Shown piece by piece: positions 1 through 9,016 of a DNA stretch of 29,020 bases. A program made the position numbers and the translations under genes. Below the pieces are notes generated by a model. The model worked only from the letters and a program-made list of their open reading frames with translations. It was not told where the DNA came from and made no database searches. The stretch covers positions 1 to 29,020 of the forward strand of contig JAYKHR010000034.1 of NCBI GenBank assembly GCA_035285125.1. Direction: 5' to 3'. Source of the DNA: Candidatus Sericytochromatia bacterium (GTDB lineage: Bacteria; Cyanobacteriota; Sericytochromatia; S15B-MN24; JAQBPE01). Numbering within the stretch: position 1 is the stretch's first letter; the number at the start of each line of letters is the position of its first letter.

Positions 1-496
1 GCCCGAGCGGCACGAGCTCCCGCAGGCGGAACCTGGGGGCTTGCCCCGTCCCGGCGTAGGCGAAGCGGACACGCACGTACAGGGCCGCCGCGGGCTGGCG
101 GAAGAGGTGCTCCCCACCTCCGTGCAGCCCCGTCAGCGCGGGCGTGAAGCGCGCCCCGTCGCGCGAGGTCTCAAGGTCGAGGGTCACGTCTGGCGGCAGC
201 GCATCGAGCACGAGGCGCACGCCGTGCAGCCGCGTCTCCCGGGCGAAGCGGACGGCCAGCCAGGCGGCCTGCTCACCCTCGCGGCGGTTTTGCCAGGCGG
301 TGGCCTCGTCGCCATCGACGGCGTCCATGAGCATCCCGTCGGTCGAGCTCGCCGTCACGGCGAGCACCTCCGGGCCCGCTGCCGCGAGCGCCGGGGCGGT
401 CATCAACGCCACAAGCGCCGCCAGCGCCAGCGCCATCGCCGCGCCCGGGCGACGGGGGGCGGGGCGCGGCGATGGGTGGTGGGTCAGAGCGGACAT
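1..496 (-). CDS. Secreted discoidin/F5-8 type C (galactose-binding-like) domain protein, runs off the window start
   Basis: Not in the ORF track because it has no stop in the window. Manual translation from ATG 496 (GGAGG RBS upstream): MSALTHH...AMALALAALVALMTAPALA (signal), then VTASS...DAVDGDEATAWQ...WLAVRF...LYVRVRF...FRLRELVPLG, matching the discoidin pattern. The frame is open to base 1. Confidence 0.7.
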   Translation of the reverse strand, partial: MSALTHHPSPRPAPRRPGAAMALALAALVALMTAPALAAAGPEVLAVTASSTDGMLMDAVDGDEATAWQNRREGEQAAWLAVRFARETRLHGVRLVLDALPPDVTLDLETSRDGARFTPALTGLHGGGEHLFRQPAAALYVRVRFAYAGTGQAPRFRLRELVPLG

Positions 497-590
497 CTTG
501 GGCCTCCCCTGGCCAGACGCGCGGGCGAGCCGAATTGTTCCCCGCGCGGCAGGGGGGCCCTTCGCCGGCCGCGTGCCCGGGCGCCGGGGC

Positions 591-1415
591 TCAGGGCGCC
601 TGCCGGGGCGCGCGAGGTCGGGCCGGGGTGGGGCGGGGCGTCGGCCCGGCGGTGCGGGGCGCGGGCCGGGCCGACGGGGGGGGCGGCCGGCTGCCCGGGG
701 GCGCCGGCGGCACCACGATCGCCCGGCCGAGCGGCAGGGCCCGCGGGTTGATGTCCGGGTTGGCCCGGACCAGCAGCACCGCCAGGCCCGGCGTGCCGTA
801 GACCTTCTTGGAGATGTCTGCGAAGGTGTCTCCCGGGCGCACCACGTACGTCCGCGCCGCTGGCCGGGGGCTGGCGGGCGCGGCCTTGGGGGTCGGCCGC
901 GCCGACGGGGCGGCCGGGGGCCGCGTCATCGACCGGGCCGTGGCCTTGGCGGCGGACGCCATGGGCCGGGCCGAGGCCGGGCCCGCGGGCCGAGGCGTTG
1001 CGGGCCGATGCGTTGCTGGCCGCCAGGCCTGCGCCACGGGCGCCTCCACCGGCCTCAGCGAGGGAGCGACCGACGGCCGCCCCGTCTCAGCTGCCACCGG
1101 GGAGGCCCCGGGCGTCGGCGAGGCCGCCACGGCCCCCGTGGAGGCCTCGGGGGCCACCGGTGGCGGCGGCTCGTGGGGCAGGGACCAGCCGATGGGGACG
1201 CCGATCAGCACCCCGAGCAGCAACACCATCAACACCCGCCAGGGGTAGCCTCGGCGCCGCTTGCGGCCAGCGTTCGACACGCCGTGTGCCCGCAGGGGGT
1301 GCTTGCGCACCATCCGCAAGGAGGTGTACCGGGCGCCGCATCGGGTGCACGTGCCGGTCGCGTCGACCGCGTGGCCGCACCCGGGACACGCCGACTGAGG
1401 GGGAAGGGGCGACAC
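591..1415 (-). CDS. LysM peptidoglycan-binding membrane protein with N-terminal zinc-ribbon-like motif
   Basis: CPGC..CTRC, basic RKRRR, TM helix (VLMVLLLGVLIGVPIGW), Pro/Ala linker, LysM (YVVRPGDTFADISKKVYG...ANPDINPRALPLGRAIVVP). GTG 1415 chosen for the AGGAGG RBS; the ORF extends to 1475. Confidence 0.8.
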   Translation of the reverse strand: MSPLPPQSACPGCGHAVDATGTCTRCGARYTSLRMVRKHPLRAHGVSNAGRKRRRGYPWRVLMVLLLGVLIGVPIGWSLPHEPPPPVAPEASTGAVAASPTPGASPVAAETGRPSVAPSLRPVEAPVAQAWRPATHRPATPRPAGPASARPMASAAKATARSMTRPPAAPSARPTPKAAPASPRPAARTYVVRPGDTFADISKKVYGTPGLAVLLVRANPDINPRALPLGRAIVVPPAPPGSRPPPPSARPAPRTAGPTPRPTPARPRAPRQAP

Positions 1416-1519
1416 GAGCCCTCCTGTCTGAGTCAGACCCGCCCAAGCATACACCGGTGGCCGCACGGCGGCCATCGGCCCACCCCGCCAAGGTCATTCT
1501 CACCAGGTTAAATTTGCTT

Positions 1520-1525
1520 TATAAT
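1520..1525 (+). promoter_or_regulatory. sigma70-type -10 box (TATAAT) for the rhodanese gene
   Basis: Perfect TATAAT in an AT-rich island 27 nt before ATG 1553, with an AAGGAGG RBS between. Confidence 0.6.
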
Positions 1526-1552
1526 GGCCGTGTCCCCAAGGAGGTCTCCGCC

Positions 1553-1984
1553 ATGCGCTGCCTGTGCCCGCTGCTCACCCTCGTCGTCGCCACCCTGAGC
1601 GGCTGCGCCGCCGCGCATGCCGTCACGCCGCCTTCGGCGCGCCCGACGGGCCTGGCGATCCAGGCTGCCGCCATCCGCCAGCTGACGCCCGCGGAGGCCG
1701 CCCGCTACCTGGCCGCGACGCCCGGCGCCGCCTTCGTCGACGTTCGAGAGCCGGACGAGTATGCCGAGGGCCACGCCGTCGGCGCCCAGCTGCGGCCCCT
1801 GGGCCAGCTGCCGGCGTGGGCCGGCACCCTCAAGGCGACCCAGCCCGTGGTGCTGATCTGCCGCTCCGGAAGCCGCAGCGGCAAGGCCGCGGCCGCCCTG
1901 GAGGCGCGCGGCTTCAAGACCCTGCTGAACGTCCAGGGCGGCACGCTGGCCTGGGAGGCGCAGCAGCTCCCGATGGAGCGCTGA
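1553..1984 (+). CDS. Rhodanese-like domain lipoprotein
   Basis: Lipobox LSGC; FVDVREPDEYAEGH, active loop CRSGSRS, NVQGGTLAW; RBS AAGGAGG. Confidence 0.9.
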   Translation: MRCLCPLLTLVVATLSGCAAAHAVTPPSARPTGLAIQAAAIRQLTPAEAARYLAATPGAAFVDVREPDEYAEGHAVGAQLRPLGQLPAWAGTLKATQPVVLICRSGSRSGKAAAALEARGFKTLLNVQGGTLAWEAQQLPMER

Positions 1985-1991
1985 GCCGCCC

Positions 1992-2759
1992 TCAGACGGC
2001 GGAGAACCGGCTCGGGGGCACCTGCTTCAGCGCCTCGGCCACCTGCTCCTTGGAGGCGAAGCCCAGCTCCATCAGCGTGAAGCCAAGCTTCTTGCCCTGC
2101 TTGCGCATCATCACGAAGGTCGTGCGCAGCTGCTGGATGCTGACGGTCTTGTTTTTCATCATCAAGAAGGCCATCGAGACCTCCTTGTGACCGTCCTCGA
2201 GCATGTCCTTCAGGTCTTGGGGGTCCACCTGGCCCCCGTCCTTGAGGGCATCGAACAGGTTCTTGGCGATGCCCTTCTTTACCAGGTCGCGGGCTGCCGA
2301 GAGCATTTCGGGGCCGATGAGGTCCGCCCGCAGCAGCATCTCGCCGAGCTCATGCCAGCCCACAAGCTCTTCCATGAAGGTCTGGGGCGTGCCGTTGTCC
2401 CGGACCACGCGGCGCAGCGTCGTGACGACCTGGTGCTTCTTGAAGGGCTTGATGATGAAATCGCGGGCGCCGGCCAGCAGCGTGCGCTTGATGATCTCGT
2501 CTTGCCCTGCCGTGGTGCACATGATGACGCGGGCGGCGGGGTCCCGCTTCAGGATCGACTCCAGCGCGTCGCGGCCGTCGAGCTTCGGCATGTTGACGTC
2601 CATGGTGACCAGGTCGGGGCGCAGCTCCTCGTACAGCAACACCCCCATCGCGCCGTCGATTGCCTCGCCGATGACATGGAAGCCCTCGGCGGTCAGGATG
2701 TCCTTGAGAAGGGTTCTCATGAACCCCGCGTCATCACAGATCAGGACCCGTTTGGACAT
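1992..2759 (-). CDS. CheY-like response regulator with C-terminal MshEN-like repeats
   Basis: Receiver domain: VLICDD, LVTMDVNMP, CTT, FIIKPF. C-terminal LGEMLLRADLI and KLGFTLMELGFASKEQVAEAL. ATG 2759; TATACT -10 on the minus strand at 2835-2840. Confidence 0.88.
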   Translation of the reverse strand: MSKRVLICDDAGFMRTLLKDILTAEGFHVIGEAIDGAMGVLLYEELRPDLVTMDVNMPKLDGRDALESILKRDPAARVIMCTTAGQDEIIKRTLLAGARDFIIKPFKKHQVVTTLRRVVRDNGTPQTFMEELVGWHELGEMLLRADLIGPEMLSAARDLVKKGIAKNLFDALKDGGQVDPQDLKDMLEDGHKEVSMAFLMMKNKTVSIQQLRTTFVMMRKQGKKLGFTLMELGFASKEQVAEALKQVPPSRFSAV

Positions 2760-2976
2760 GCGCGCGCAGCGCCCTTTCGGCAAGTGACCCGGCGCCCCGG
2801 TCTCGCGCACGAGCACGGACGCCACCTCGCCCTCAGTATACCCCAGCACCCGCACGGGTGCAGGGCCGTCGGTCACATCCCTCGCCTCGGGCGGACAAGG
2901 GCCCTCGTGCAAGGTGGCCTGGGCAGGGCGTTCACCCCGGCGTAGGCTGGCGGGGGGGCGCGGCCCGGAGGTGAGC

Positions 2977-4197
2977 TTGGAGCGGCTGTCTGGACACGAC
3001 ATCGTCTGTGTCTCGGTGATGGACTGGGACCACCCCTTCGCCTCCAGCCGGCACCACCTCATGCGGGCGTTGTCGGCGCGCAACAGGGTGCTGTTCGTCG
3101 ACAACCAGCGCAACCCCCTCGCCGTCGCGGCCGGGCTGCACCGGCCCCAGGCGCGCCGCATCGCGCGGGCCTGGGCGGGGGCCCAGCCCAACCCCCGCCC
3201 CGTGGCGCCCGGGCTGTGGGTCCACACGCCTCCGCCAGCCTTCCCCATGGGGCGCCTGCGCCAGCGGGGCCTCTTCGAGGCCGCCTATGCCTACAATCAG
3301 GCACGGCTGGGCGCCAGCGTCCGGTCGGCCGCCCGCGTCCTCGGGATGCGGCGGCCCCTGCTGTGGATCAGCTTCAACGTGCTCTCCAGCGAGGGCGTGA
3401 TCGGAAGCCTCGACGAGCGCCTCGTGGTCTACCACTGCACGGACGCGGTGGGGGCCATGCCCGGGGCCTCCCCCTTCGCAGACGCCATCGAGCGGCGCCT
3501 GATCGCCCGCAGCGACCTCGTGGTTTGCTCGAGCCGCGTGCTCGCCGAGGAGCGTGGGGCTGGCCACCCGGACTGCCGGTGGGTGCCCAACGGCGCCGAC
3601 GTGGCGCTGTTCGAGCGCGCCGCGGACCCTGGCCTGCCGCCCCACCCCACGCTGCGAGGGCTCGGCCCCGGGCCGGTGCTCGGGTTCGTGGGTCACCTGG
3701 AGGAGCGCGTGGACTTCGCCTTGCTGGAGGCCCTCGCGCACGCCGAGCCGACCTGGCGCTTCGTGCTGGCGGGGCCCGTGGCGCCCTCCCGCCGTCAGGC
3801 TGCCGAGCGCCTCGCGCGCCACCCCAACGTGCGCCTCACCGGGTTGTTGCCCCGCGACCAGCTGCCCGCCTTCTTGCGAGGTTGCGACGCCCTGCTGATC
3901 CCCTTCGTGCACTCGGCCCAGACCCGCGCGATCTACCCGCTCAAGCTCCACGAGTACCTCGCCACCGGCAAGCCCGTCGCGACGACGCGCTTCGCCGACC
4001 TCGGCGAGGCCACCCCGGTGCTGCACGTCGGAGACGGGGTCGGCGGCTTCGCCGCCGCGATCCGGGCGGCCCTCGCGGATCGGGAGCCTGCCCGCGAGGC
4101 GGCTCGGCAGGCGGTGGGCAGGCGCGGCGACTGGGAGCATCGCGTGGGTCAGATGGAGCAGGGCATCCTGACCCACCTGGCCCGGCAGGCGGCCTGA
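2977..4197 (+). CDS. Glycosyltransferase family 4 (TuaH-like)
   Basis: [48 protein letters not shown] 2977 follows GGAGG (GTG 2971 is an alternative start). Confidence 0.88.
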   Translation: MERLSGHDIVCVSVMDWDHPFASSRHHLMRALSARNRVLFVDNQRNPLAVAAGLHRPQARRIARAWAGAQPNPRPVAPGLWVHTPPPAFPMGRLRQRGLFEAAYAYNQARLGASVRSAARVLGMRRPLLWISFNVLSSEGVIGSLDERLVVYHCTDAVGAMPGASPFADAIERRLIARSDLVVCSSRVLAEERGAGHPDCRWVPNGADVALFERAADPGLPPHPTLRGLGPGPVLGFVGHLEERVDFALLEALAHAEPTWRFVLAGPVAPSRRQAAERLARHPNVRLTGLLPRDQLPAFLRGCDALLIPFVHSAQTRAIYPLKLHEYLATGKPVATTRFADLGEATPVLHVGDGVGGFAAAIRAALADREPAREAARQAVGRRGDWEHRVGQMEQGILTHLARQAA

Positions 4198-4272
4198 CGG
4201 CCAGGCGCGCGCACGGCAGGCCGCCGGTGGGTATACGAGAGGCAGCCCGCCCAGCCTGCCAGAGGTTCCGCC

Positions 4273-4926
4273 ATGCCCCTGCGTCAAGGAGCCCCCGCGC
4301 TGTTCACGCTCGCTGTGTTCATGGCACTGACGGGGTGCCCCGCGGAGTCGCCTGCGCCGGCGCCCAAGCCCGCCGTCAAGGGCTCCACCAAGCCCAAGGC
4401 GAGCGCCTCGAGCACCGGGACGCCCAAGCCCGGCCCCAGCAGCAGCGCCACGGCCCGCCCGAGCGGCGCGCCGTCCGGGAGCCCCCCGTCCTCGGCGACC
4501 CCGTCCGGCTCGCCCGCCACCACGGGCAGCGCCTCCCCCTCGGCCACGCCGTCCGGTGGCGCCTCCGCCACGGCCAAGCCCTCCACGAGCCCCTCCGGTG
4601 GCCCCTCGCCGTCGTCGAGCCCCTCCACCCCGGCGTCGGCCACCCCCACCCCCACGCCGCCGCCCAACACCATCACGATGAAGGGTTCGGTGTTCACGCC
4701 CGCCACGCTCAACGTCACCGTCGGGACCACGGTCACGTTCCTCAACGACGACGTGAAGGAGCACAAGATCGTGCCGGACGCGAACACCCTGTTCACCGGC
4801 ACGGCCGTGATCAGCCCGCTGGCGAGCGCCACCATCACCTTCTCGCAGTCGGGGCCCGCCAGGTACAAGTGCGAGCTGGTGCCCGCGATGACGGGCACCG
4901 TGAACGTCACGCCGGCCGCGCCCTGA
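4273..4926 (+). CDS. Lipoprotein with Ser/Pro/Thr-rich linker and C-terminal cupredoxin (plastocyanin/azurin-like) domain
   Basis: Lipobox [41 protein letters not shown]. Confidence 0.82.
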   Translation: MPLRQGAPALFTLAVFMALTGCPAESPAPAPKPAVKGSTKPKASASSTGTPKPGPSSSATARPSGAPSGSPPSSATPSGSPATTGSASPSATPSGGASATAKPSTSPSGGPSPSSSPSTPASATPTPTPPPNTITMKGSVFTPATLNVTVGTTVTFLNDDVKEHKIVPDANTLFTGTAVISPLASATITFSQSGPARYKCELVPAMTGTVNVTPAAP

Positions 4927-4960
4927 ACCTGGTGGCGTGGCGGCGCGCCACGCCCATTGC

Positions 4961-4966
4961 TACAAT
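4961..4966 (+). promoter_or_regulatory. -10 box (TACAAT) upstream of yajQ
   Basis: TGcTACAAT, an extended -10-like element, about 50 nt before GTG 5016. Confidence 0.5.
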
Positions 4967-5015
4967 GACCCCCGCCTGCCGCCGGCTGCGGGGGCTTTTC
5001 GACAGGAGACGCGAC

Positions 5016-5507
5016 GTGTCCAAGGACGCCTCATTCGACATCGTGAGCAAGGTGGAGATGCAGGAAGCCACCAATGCCATCCACCAGGCCCAGAAGGAGC
5101 TCGAGCAGCGGTTCGACCTCAAGGGCACGGGCTCGGAGGTGGAGCTCGAGAAGGAATCCATCGTGCTCAAGGCCCCGGACGAGATGAAGCTCAAGAACGT
5201 GCTCGACATCGTGGAGGGCAAGCTCATCAAGCGCAACATCTCGCTCAAGAGCCTGGACTACGGCAAGATCGAGGCCTCCCTCGGGGGCGCCGTGCGGCAG
5301 GTGGTGACGCTCAAGCAGGGCATTGACAAGGAGATGGCCAAGAAGATCATCGGGCTGATCAAGGACACCAAGCTCAAGGTCCAGCCCCAGATCCAAGACG
5401 ACCAGATCCGCGTCACGGCCAAGAGCCGGGACGACCTGCAGGCCGTGATTCAGAAGCTCAGGGCCGCGGACCTCGACATCGACCTGCAGTTCCTCAACTA
5501 CCGCTGA
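5016..5507 (+). CDS. yajQ: YajQ family nucleotide/c-di-GMP-binding protein
   Basis: [68 protein letters not shown] start, 163 aa. Confidence 0.96.
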   Translation: MSKDASFDIVSKVEMQEATNAIHQAQKELEQRFDLKGTGSEVELEKESIVLKAPDEMKLKNVLDIVEGKLIKRNISLKSLDYGKIEASLGGAVRQVVTLKQGIDKEMAKKIIGLIKDTKLKVQPQIQDDQIRVTAKSRDDLQAVIQKLRAADLDIDLQFLNYR

Positions 5508-5595
5508 CAGCGGCGTTCTGGGACCGCGATGCTGGCCTCGCTCACTGGACCGTCGCCAGGGGCTTGCCTGTGCCATCCGGCGCTGACCCCATAGA

Positions 5596-5628
5596 CAGAG
5601 CCCCCGGCCGGGACGGCCGGGGGCTCTG
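5596..5628. terminator. Perfect 15-bp inverted repeat between convergent yajQ and PCuAC genes; probable terminator
   Basis: CAGAGCCCCCGGCCG-gga-CGGCCGGGGGCTCTG; weak U-tract. Confidence 0.65.
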
Positions 5629-5654
5629 GGCGCGGGAGGGGCCTCCCCCGAAGC

Positions 5655-6215
5655 TCAGTGGTGGTGGTGCTCGTGGTCGTGGTGGCCGTGGCCGTCCCGC
5701 GGCCGCACGGCCGTCTTGATCAGGGTCTTGCCCCCGTCGGCCCACAGCAGCGTGAGCTCCACGGGTGCCCCGGCCGGCAGGGGCTTCTTCGGCCCGATCA
5801 GCATCACGTGCGTGGAGCCTGGCTCCAGCACCAGCTTGCCACCCGGCGCGAGCGTCAGCGCCTTGACCTCCTGCATGCGGGCCATGCCGTCCTCCGTCAC
5901 GATCTCGTGGATCTCGACCTTGGCGAACTGCGGGCTGCGGGCGCCCACGAGCTTGAGGGGGGCCTTCTTGACGTTTTCGATCGTCATGTAGGCTGCCATG
6001 GCCGAGGCCTGGGGCGGCGCCTCGCGCACCCAGGGCTCGAAGATCACCGCTGGACCTTCTGCTTTGGCGACGACGCAGCCCCCCGGGGCCTCGGCGACGG
6101 GCTGGGGCCGCGCGCCGTCCGGGGCGACGCCCCCACCCCTGGCGATGGCCGCGGCGGGCTCGGGGGACGCGGCCAGGCCCACCAGCACGGCGGCGGCAAG
6201 CATCATACGGGTCAT
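5655..6215 (-). CDS. Copper chaperone PCu(A)C
   Basis: Signal peptide; PWVREAPP, AAYMTIEN, VEIHE..GMARM..PGSTHVMLIG (H-x10-M...HxM); His-rich tail. ATG 6215 overlaps the SCO stop (ATGA). Confidence 0.93.
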   Translation of the reverse strand: MTRMMLAAAVLVGLAASPEPAAAIARGGGVAPDGARPQPVAEAPGGCVVAKAEGPAVIFEPWVREAPPQASAMAAYMTIENVKKAPLKLVGARSPQFAKVEIHEIVTEDGMARMQEVKALTLAPGGKLVLEPGSTHVMLIGPKKPLPAGAPVELTLLWADGGKTLIKTAVRPRDGHGHHDHEHHHH

Positions 6216-6817
6216 ACCTTCTCCTTGGCGGTGAGCCGGTTGAAGTCCTCTGCCAGGGCGCCGGGCGTCCCCTCCGGGGCGTACACGGCGCCGAGCCGAC
6301 CCTCCGGGTCGAGGGCGAAGACCATGTTGCTGTGGCTGACGGTGTACGACCCGCCAGGGGTGGCGGGCTTGTCGATGACGTAGCTCGCGCCCACGGCGCG
6401 CGTCAGGGTGTCGATGGTGGCGACGTCCGCCGTGACCCCCAGGAAGGCCGGGTGGTAGAACTGGACGAACTGCGTCAGCTTGGGCGCGCGGTCCCGCGCC
6501 GGGTCCACCGAGACGAACACGACGCGCACGCGCTCGGGGTGCCTGAGCTTGCGGTACTCGCGGGCCGCGAAGTCGAGGGCGGCGGGGCACACGTCCGGGC
6601 AGTTGGCGTAGCCGAAGTACAGCCACGTCCAGCGGCCCGTCACGAGGTCGGGCGCGGCCGGCTGGCCGTCGCCGTGCACCAGCGCCGCGGACGGCAGGGG
6701 CTTCGGCGACGGCGTCATCAGGGCGTGCGGGAACGAGGGCGCCTCGTCGGGCCCCGCGCAGGCCCCGAGGCCCCCGATCACCAGGGCCACCCACGTGGCC
6801 CGCACCGCTGCTCGCAT
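6212..6817 (-). CDS. SCO1/SenC family copper chaperone lipoprotein
   Basis: Lipobox LGAC; FGYANCPDVCP (CxxxC), SVDPARD, VSHS; GGAGG RBS. Confidence 0.94.
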   Translation of the reverse strand: MRAAVRATWVALVIGGLGACAGPDEAPSFPHALMTPSPKPLPSAALVHGDGQPAAPDLVTGRWTWLYFGYANCPDVCPAALDFAAREYRKLRHPERVRVVFVSVDPARDRAPKLTQFVQFYHPAFLGVTADVATIDTLTRAVGASYVIDKPATPGGSYTVSHSNMVFALDPEGRLGAVYAPEGTPGALAEDFNRLTAKEKV

Positions 6818-6964
6818 CGTTTCCTCCAGGGCGCCGGCTACCGGGCCGGATCGCCGCCATGGTCCTTCTCGGGCGGTCGCCTGTCAATCCGGCGGCACGC
6901 CGTGGCTTGCGACGCCTTCGTCCCTTGGGCTATAACTTGGTGCCTCCGCCCCGTCTTCCCGCCG

Positions 6965-8080
6965 ATGCGTCTCCTGTACGCCCTTTGCCTCGGCCTGCTG
7001 TTCGCGGGCCTCACCCAGCCACCTAGCCTCGCCCTGGCCCAGGGCGCGGCCAACTATGCGGTGCGCAACCTCGGCACGGGCGTCTCCCACATGTTCTTGA
7101 AGCGGCTCACGCCCGCAGGCCCGATGGCCGTCCACGTGCTGCGGGCGGACCCCCACCACGTCACCATCAAGAGCCTGGTCGCCCAGCGGCGCAGCGGGGG
7201 CTTCGCCCGGGCGCCCGTCAGCCAGATCGCCCGGGCGAGCGGCGCCCTCGCGGCCATCAACGGCTCGTACTTCAACTTCGTGAACAACGAGCCCGCCGGC
7301 CTGCTTGTGCAAGACGGCCAGATCATCAGCTCCAGCCTGCACAACCGCTCGGTCTTCGGCGTCCGTTTCGACGGCACGCCGTTCATCGACGACGCCCAGG
7401 TGCGCGCGGCGGTGCTGCTCGAGGACGGCAGGGAGCTTGCGATCGCGGGCGTCAACCGGCGGGCCAAGCCGAACCAGATCACGCTCTACACCTCCCACTT
7501 CGGGGGCACGACGCACACCCGCCCCTACGCCTACCGCTACGAGGCCGCCATCGATGCCCGCGGCAACGTGGTGGGCGCCAGCAACGGGAACCTGGCCATC
7601 CCGCGCGGGGGCTACGTCGTGTCCGCCAACGGCCGCAGCTTCTACCGGGCCATGCAGGATCTGGAGCCCGGTGCGCGGGCCCTCGTCTACACCCAGCTCT
7701 CGGGCGTCTGGGAGGGCGTGCGCTACGCCGTGGGTGGCGGCCCTACGATCGTCCATGCCGGACGGGTCCACGTCACGGCCCGCGAGGAGGGCTTCGGCAG
7801 CCACATCGCCTCGGGCCGCGCCCCCCGCACGGCCATCGGCTACACGCCGGCCGGCGTGACGCTGATGGTGACGGTCGACGGGCGCGTGCCGCGGCACAGC
7901 GTCGGCTGCACCCTGCGTGAGCTCGCCCGGCTCATGATCGAGCTTGGCGCCGTCGAGGCCATCAACCTCGACGGGGGTGGCTCGACGGTCATGGTGATCG
8001 CAGGCAAGCCCGTGAACCGGCTTTCGTCTGGCGTGGAGCGGCTCGTGAGCAACGCGATCGGGATCTTCCCGCTCGAGTGA
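6965..8080 (+). CDS. Phosphodiester glycosidase (NAGPA-like) family secreted protein
   Basis: Signal peptide; AAINGSYF, RAPRTAIG, VTVDGR, AINLDGGGST, RLVSNAI; TATAAC at 6931-6936. Confidence 0.9.
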   Translation: MRLLYALCLGLLFAGLTQPPSLALAQGAANYAVRNLGTGVSHMFLKRLTPAGPMAVHVLRADPHHVTIKSLVAQRRSGGFARAPVSQIARASGALAAINGSYFNFVNNEPAGLLVQDGQIISSSLHNRSVFGVRFDGTPFIDDAQVRAAVLLEDGRELAIAGVNRRAKPNQITLYTSHFGGTTHTRPYAYRYEAAIDARGNVVGASNGNLAIPRGGYVVSANGRSFYRAMQDLEPGARALVYTQLSGVWEGVRYAVGGGPTIVHAGRVHVTAREEGFGSHIASGRAPRTAIGYTPAGVTLMVTVDGRVPRHSVGCTLRELARLMIELGAVEAINLDGGGSTVMVIAGKPVNRLSSGVERLVSNAIGIFPLE

Positions 8081-8199
8081 GGCCGCCTCTCGCCGTGTTA
8101 AACCTTCGTTTCAGGGTGATAAGTTCTGGCTAAATTCCGCCTCCCTTTTGTCGCCTCGGGGCACAATGAAGCTGGCCACGTGAACGGGCAGGGGGCGCC

Positions 8200-9000
8200 A
8201 TGGTCGATTTCAGGAAGCTGGTGGATCACGTGCGGCTCTCGCCCTTTGTGGGGAAGAAGCCCGCTGCCAAGCCCGGGAAGCCCGCGGCGTCCGCGATGCG
8301 GCCGGACACCTTGAAGACCGCCGCGGCGCCAGACCCCGCCATCACCAACGCCATGCAGGGGGTCAACGGCCGGCTCAAGCAGATCGCGGACGGCACCAAG
8401 GCCCTTGCCGCTGACCGCGACCAGGCCGGCAGCACGATGGAGGCGACCAAGCTCGGCCTGGCCATCGCGGACCTCCAGCGGGCGGCGACCCAGCTCGGGG
8501 ACCTGCGGGACTCGCTTGCGGCCATCGCGGTCCGGCGGCCGCGCCTCTCCGAGAGCGATTCCGAGGCCGTGGCGAAGCTCGCCGCCGAGGCTGGCCACGA
8601 GCGTGACCCTGCCAGGCTGGCGGCCATTGCCACTTCCATCCGCAAACGTGCCAACCCGACACCGGTGGACGCCCAGCTCTTCAACGCGACGCGGGCGCTC
8701 GACTGGCGGCAAGGCATGCTCATGCAGCAGGCCACGGCGCTGACCAGCGAGGCCCAGGGCGTCCAAGACGTGAAGGAGCTGCAGCGCCTCCAGATAACGC
8801 TCGATGACGTGTTGAAGCACCGGGCGCTCGTCGCGGAGACGCAGGACCTCGTGGGCGGCCTTGCGTTCGGGAAGGCCCCGCGTGGCGAGCTCAAGGACAC
8901 CCTCTTCAAGCTGGCGCATCAGGCTGCGGAGGCTCCGGATCTGGCGGCGCTCCACGCCATCAACCAGCGGCTGCGCGAGGTGCTCACCAGCGCCCCTTGA
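8200..9000 (+). CDS. Hypothetical alpha-helical protein
   Basis: 266-aa ORF with GC3-rich codons that fills the gap between genes; no family recognised. Confidence 0.7.
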   Translation: MVDFRKLVDHVRLSPFVGKKPAAKPGKPAASAMRPDTLKTAAAPDPAITNAMQGVNGRLKQIADGTKALAADRDQAGSTMEATKLGLAIADLQRAATQLGDLRDSLAAIAVRRPRLSESDSEAVAKLAAEAGHERDPARLAAIATSIRKRANPTPVDAQLFNATRALDWRQGMLMQQATALTSEAQGVQDVKELQRLQITLDDVLKHRALVAETQDLVGGLAFGKAPRGELKDTLFKLAHQAAEAPDLAALHAINQRLREVLTSAP

Positions 9001-9016
9001 GGCCCGTCTCGCAGCC

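Noticed and set aside
1..180. Suspected frameshifts in the discoidin gene
   Set aside because: Careful re-reading shows a continuous frame to base 1; it is missing from the ORF track only because its stop is outside the window.
41..1511. Long plus-strand ORFs 41..751 and 144..1511
   Set aside because: Arg/Gly/Pro-rich shadow frames antisense to the discoidin and LysM genes, as expected in high-GC DNA.
3216..5015. Apparent 600-aa N-terminal extension of YajQ
   Set aside because: An out-of-frame overlap with the GT4 and cupredoxin genes; yajQ has its own -10, SD and GTG at 5016.
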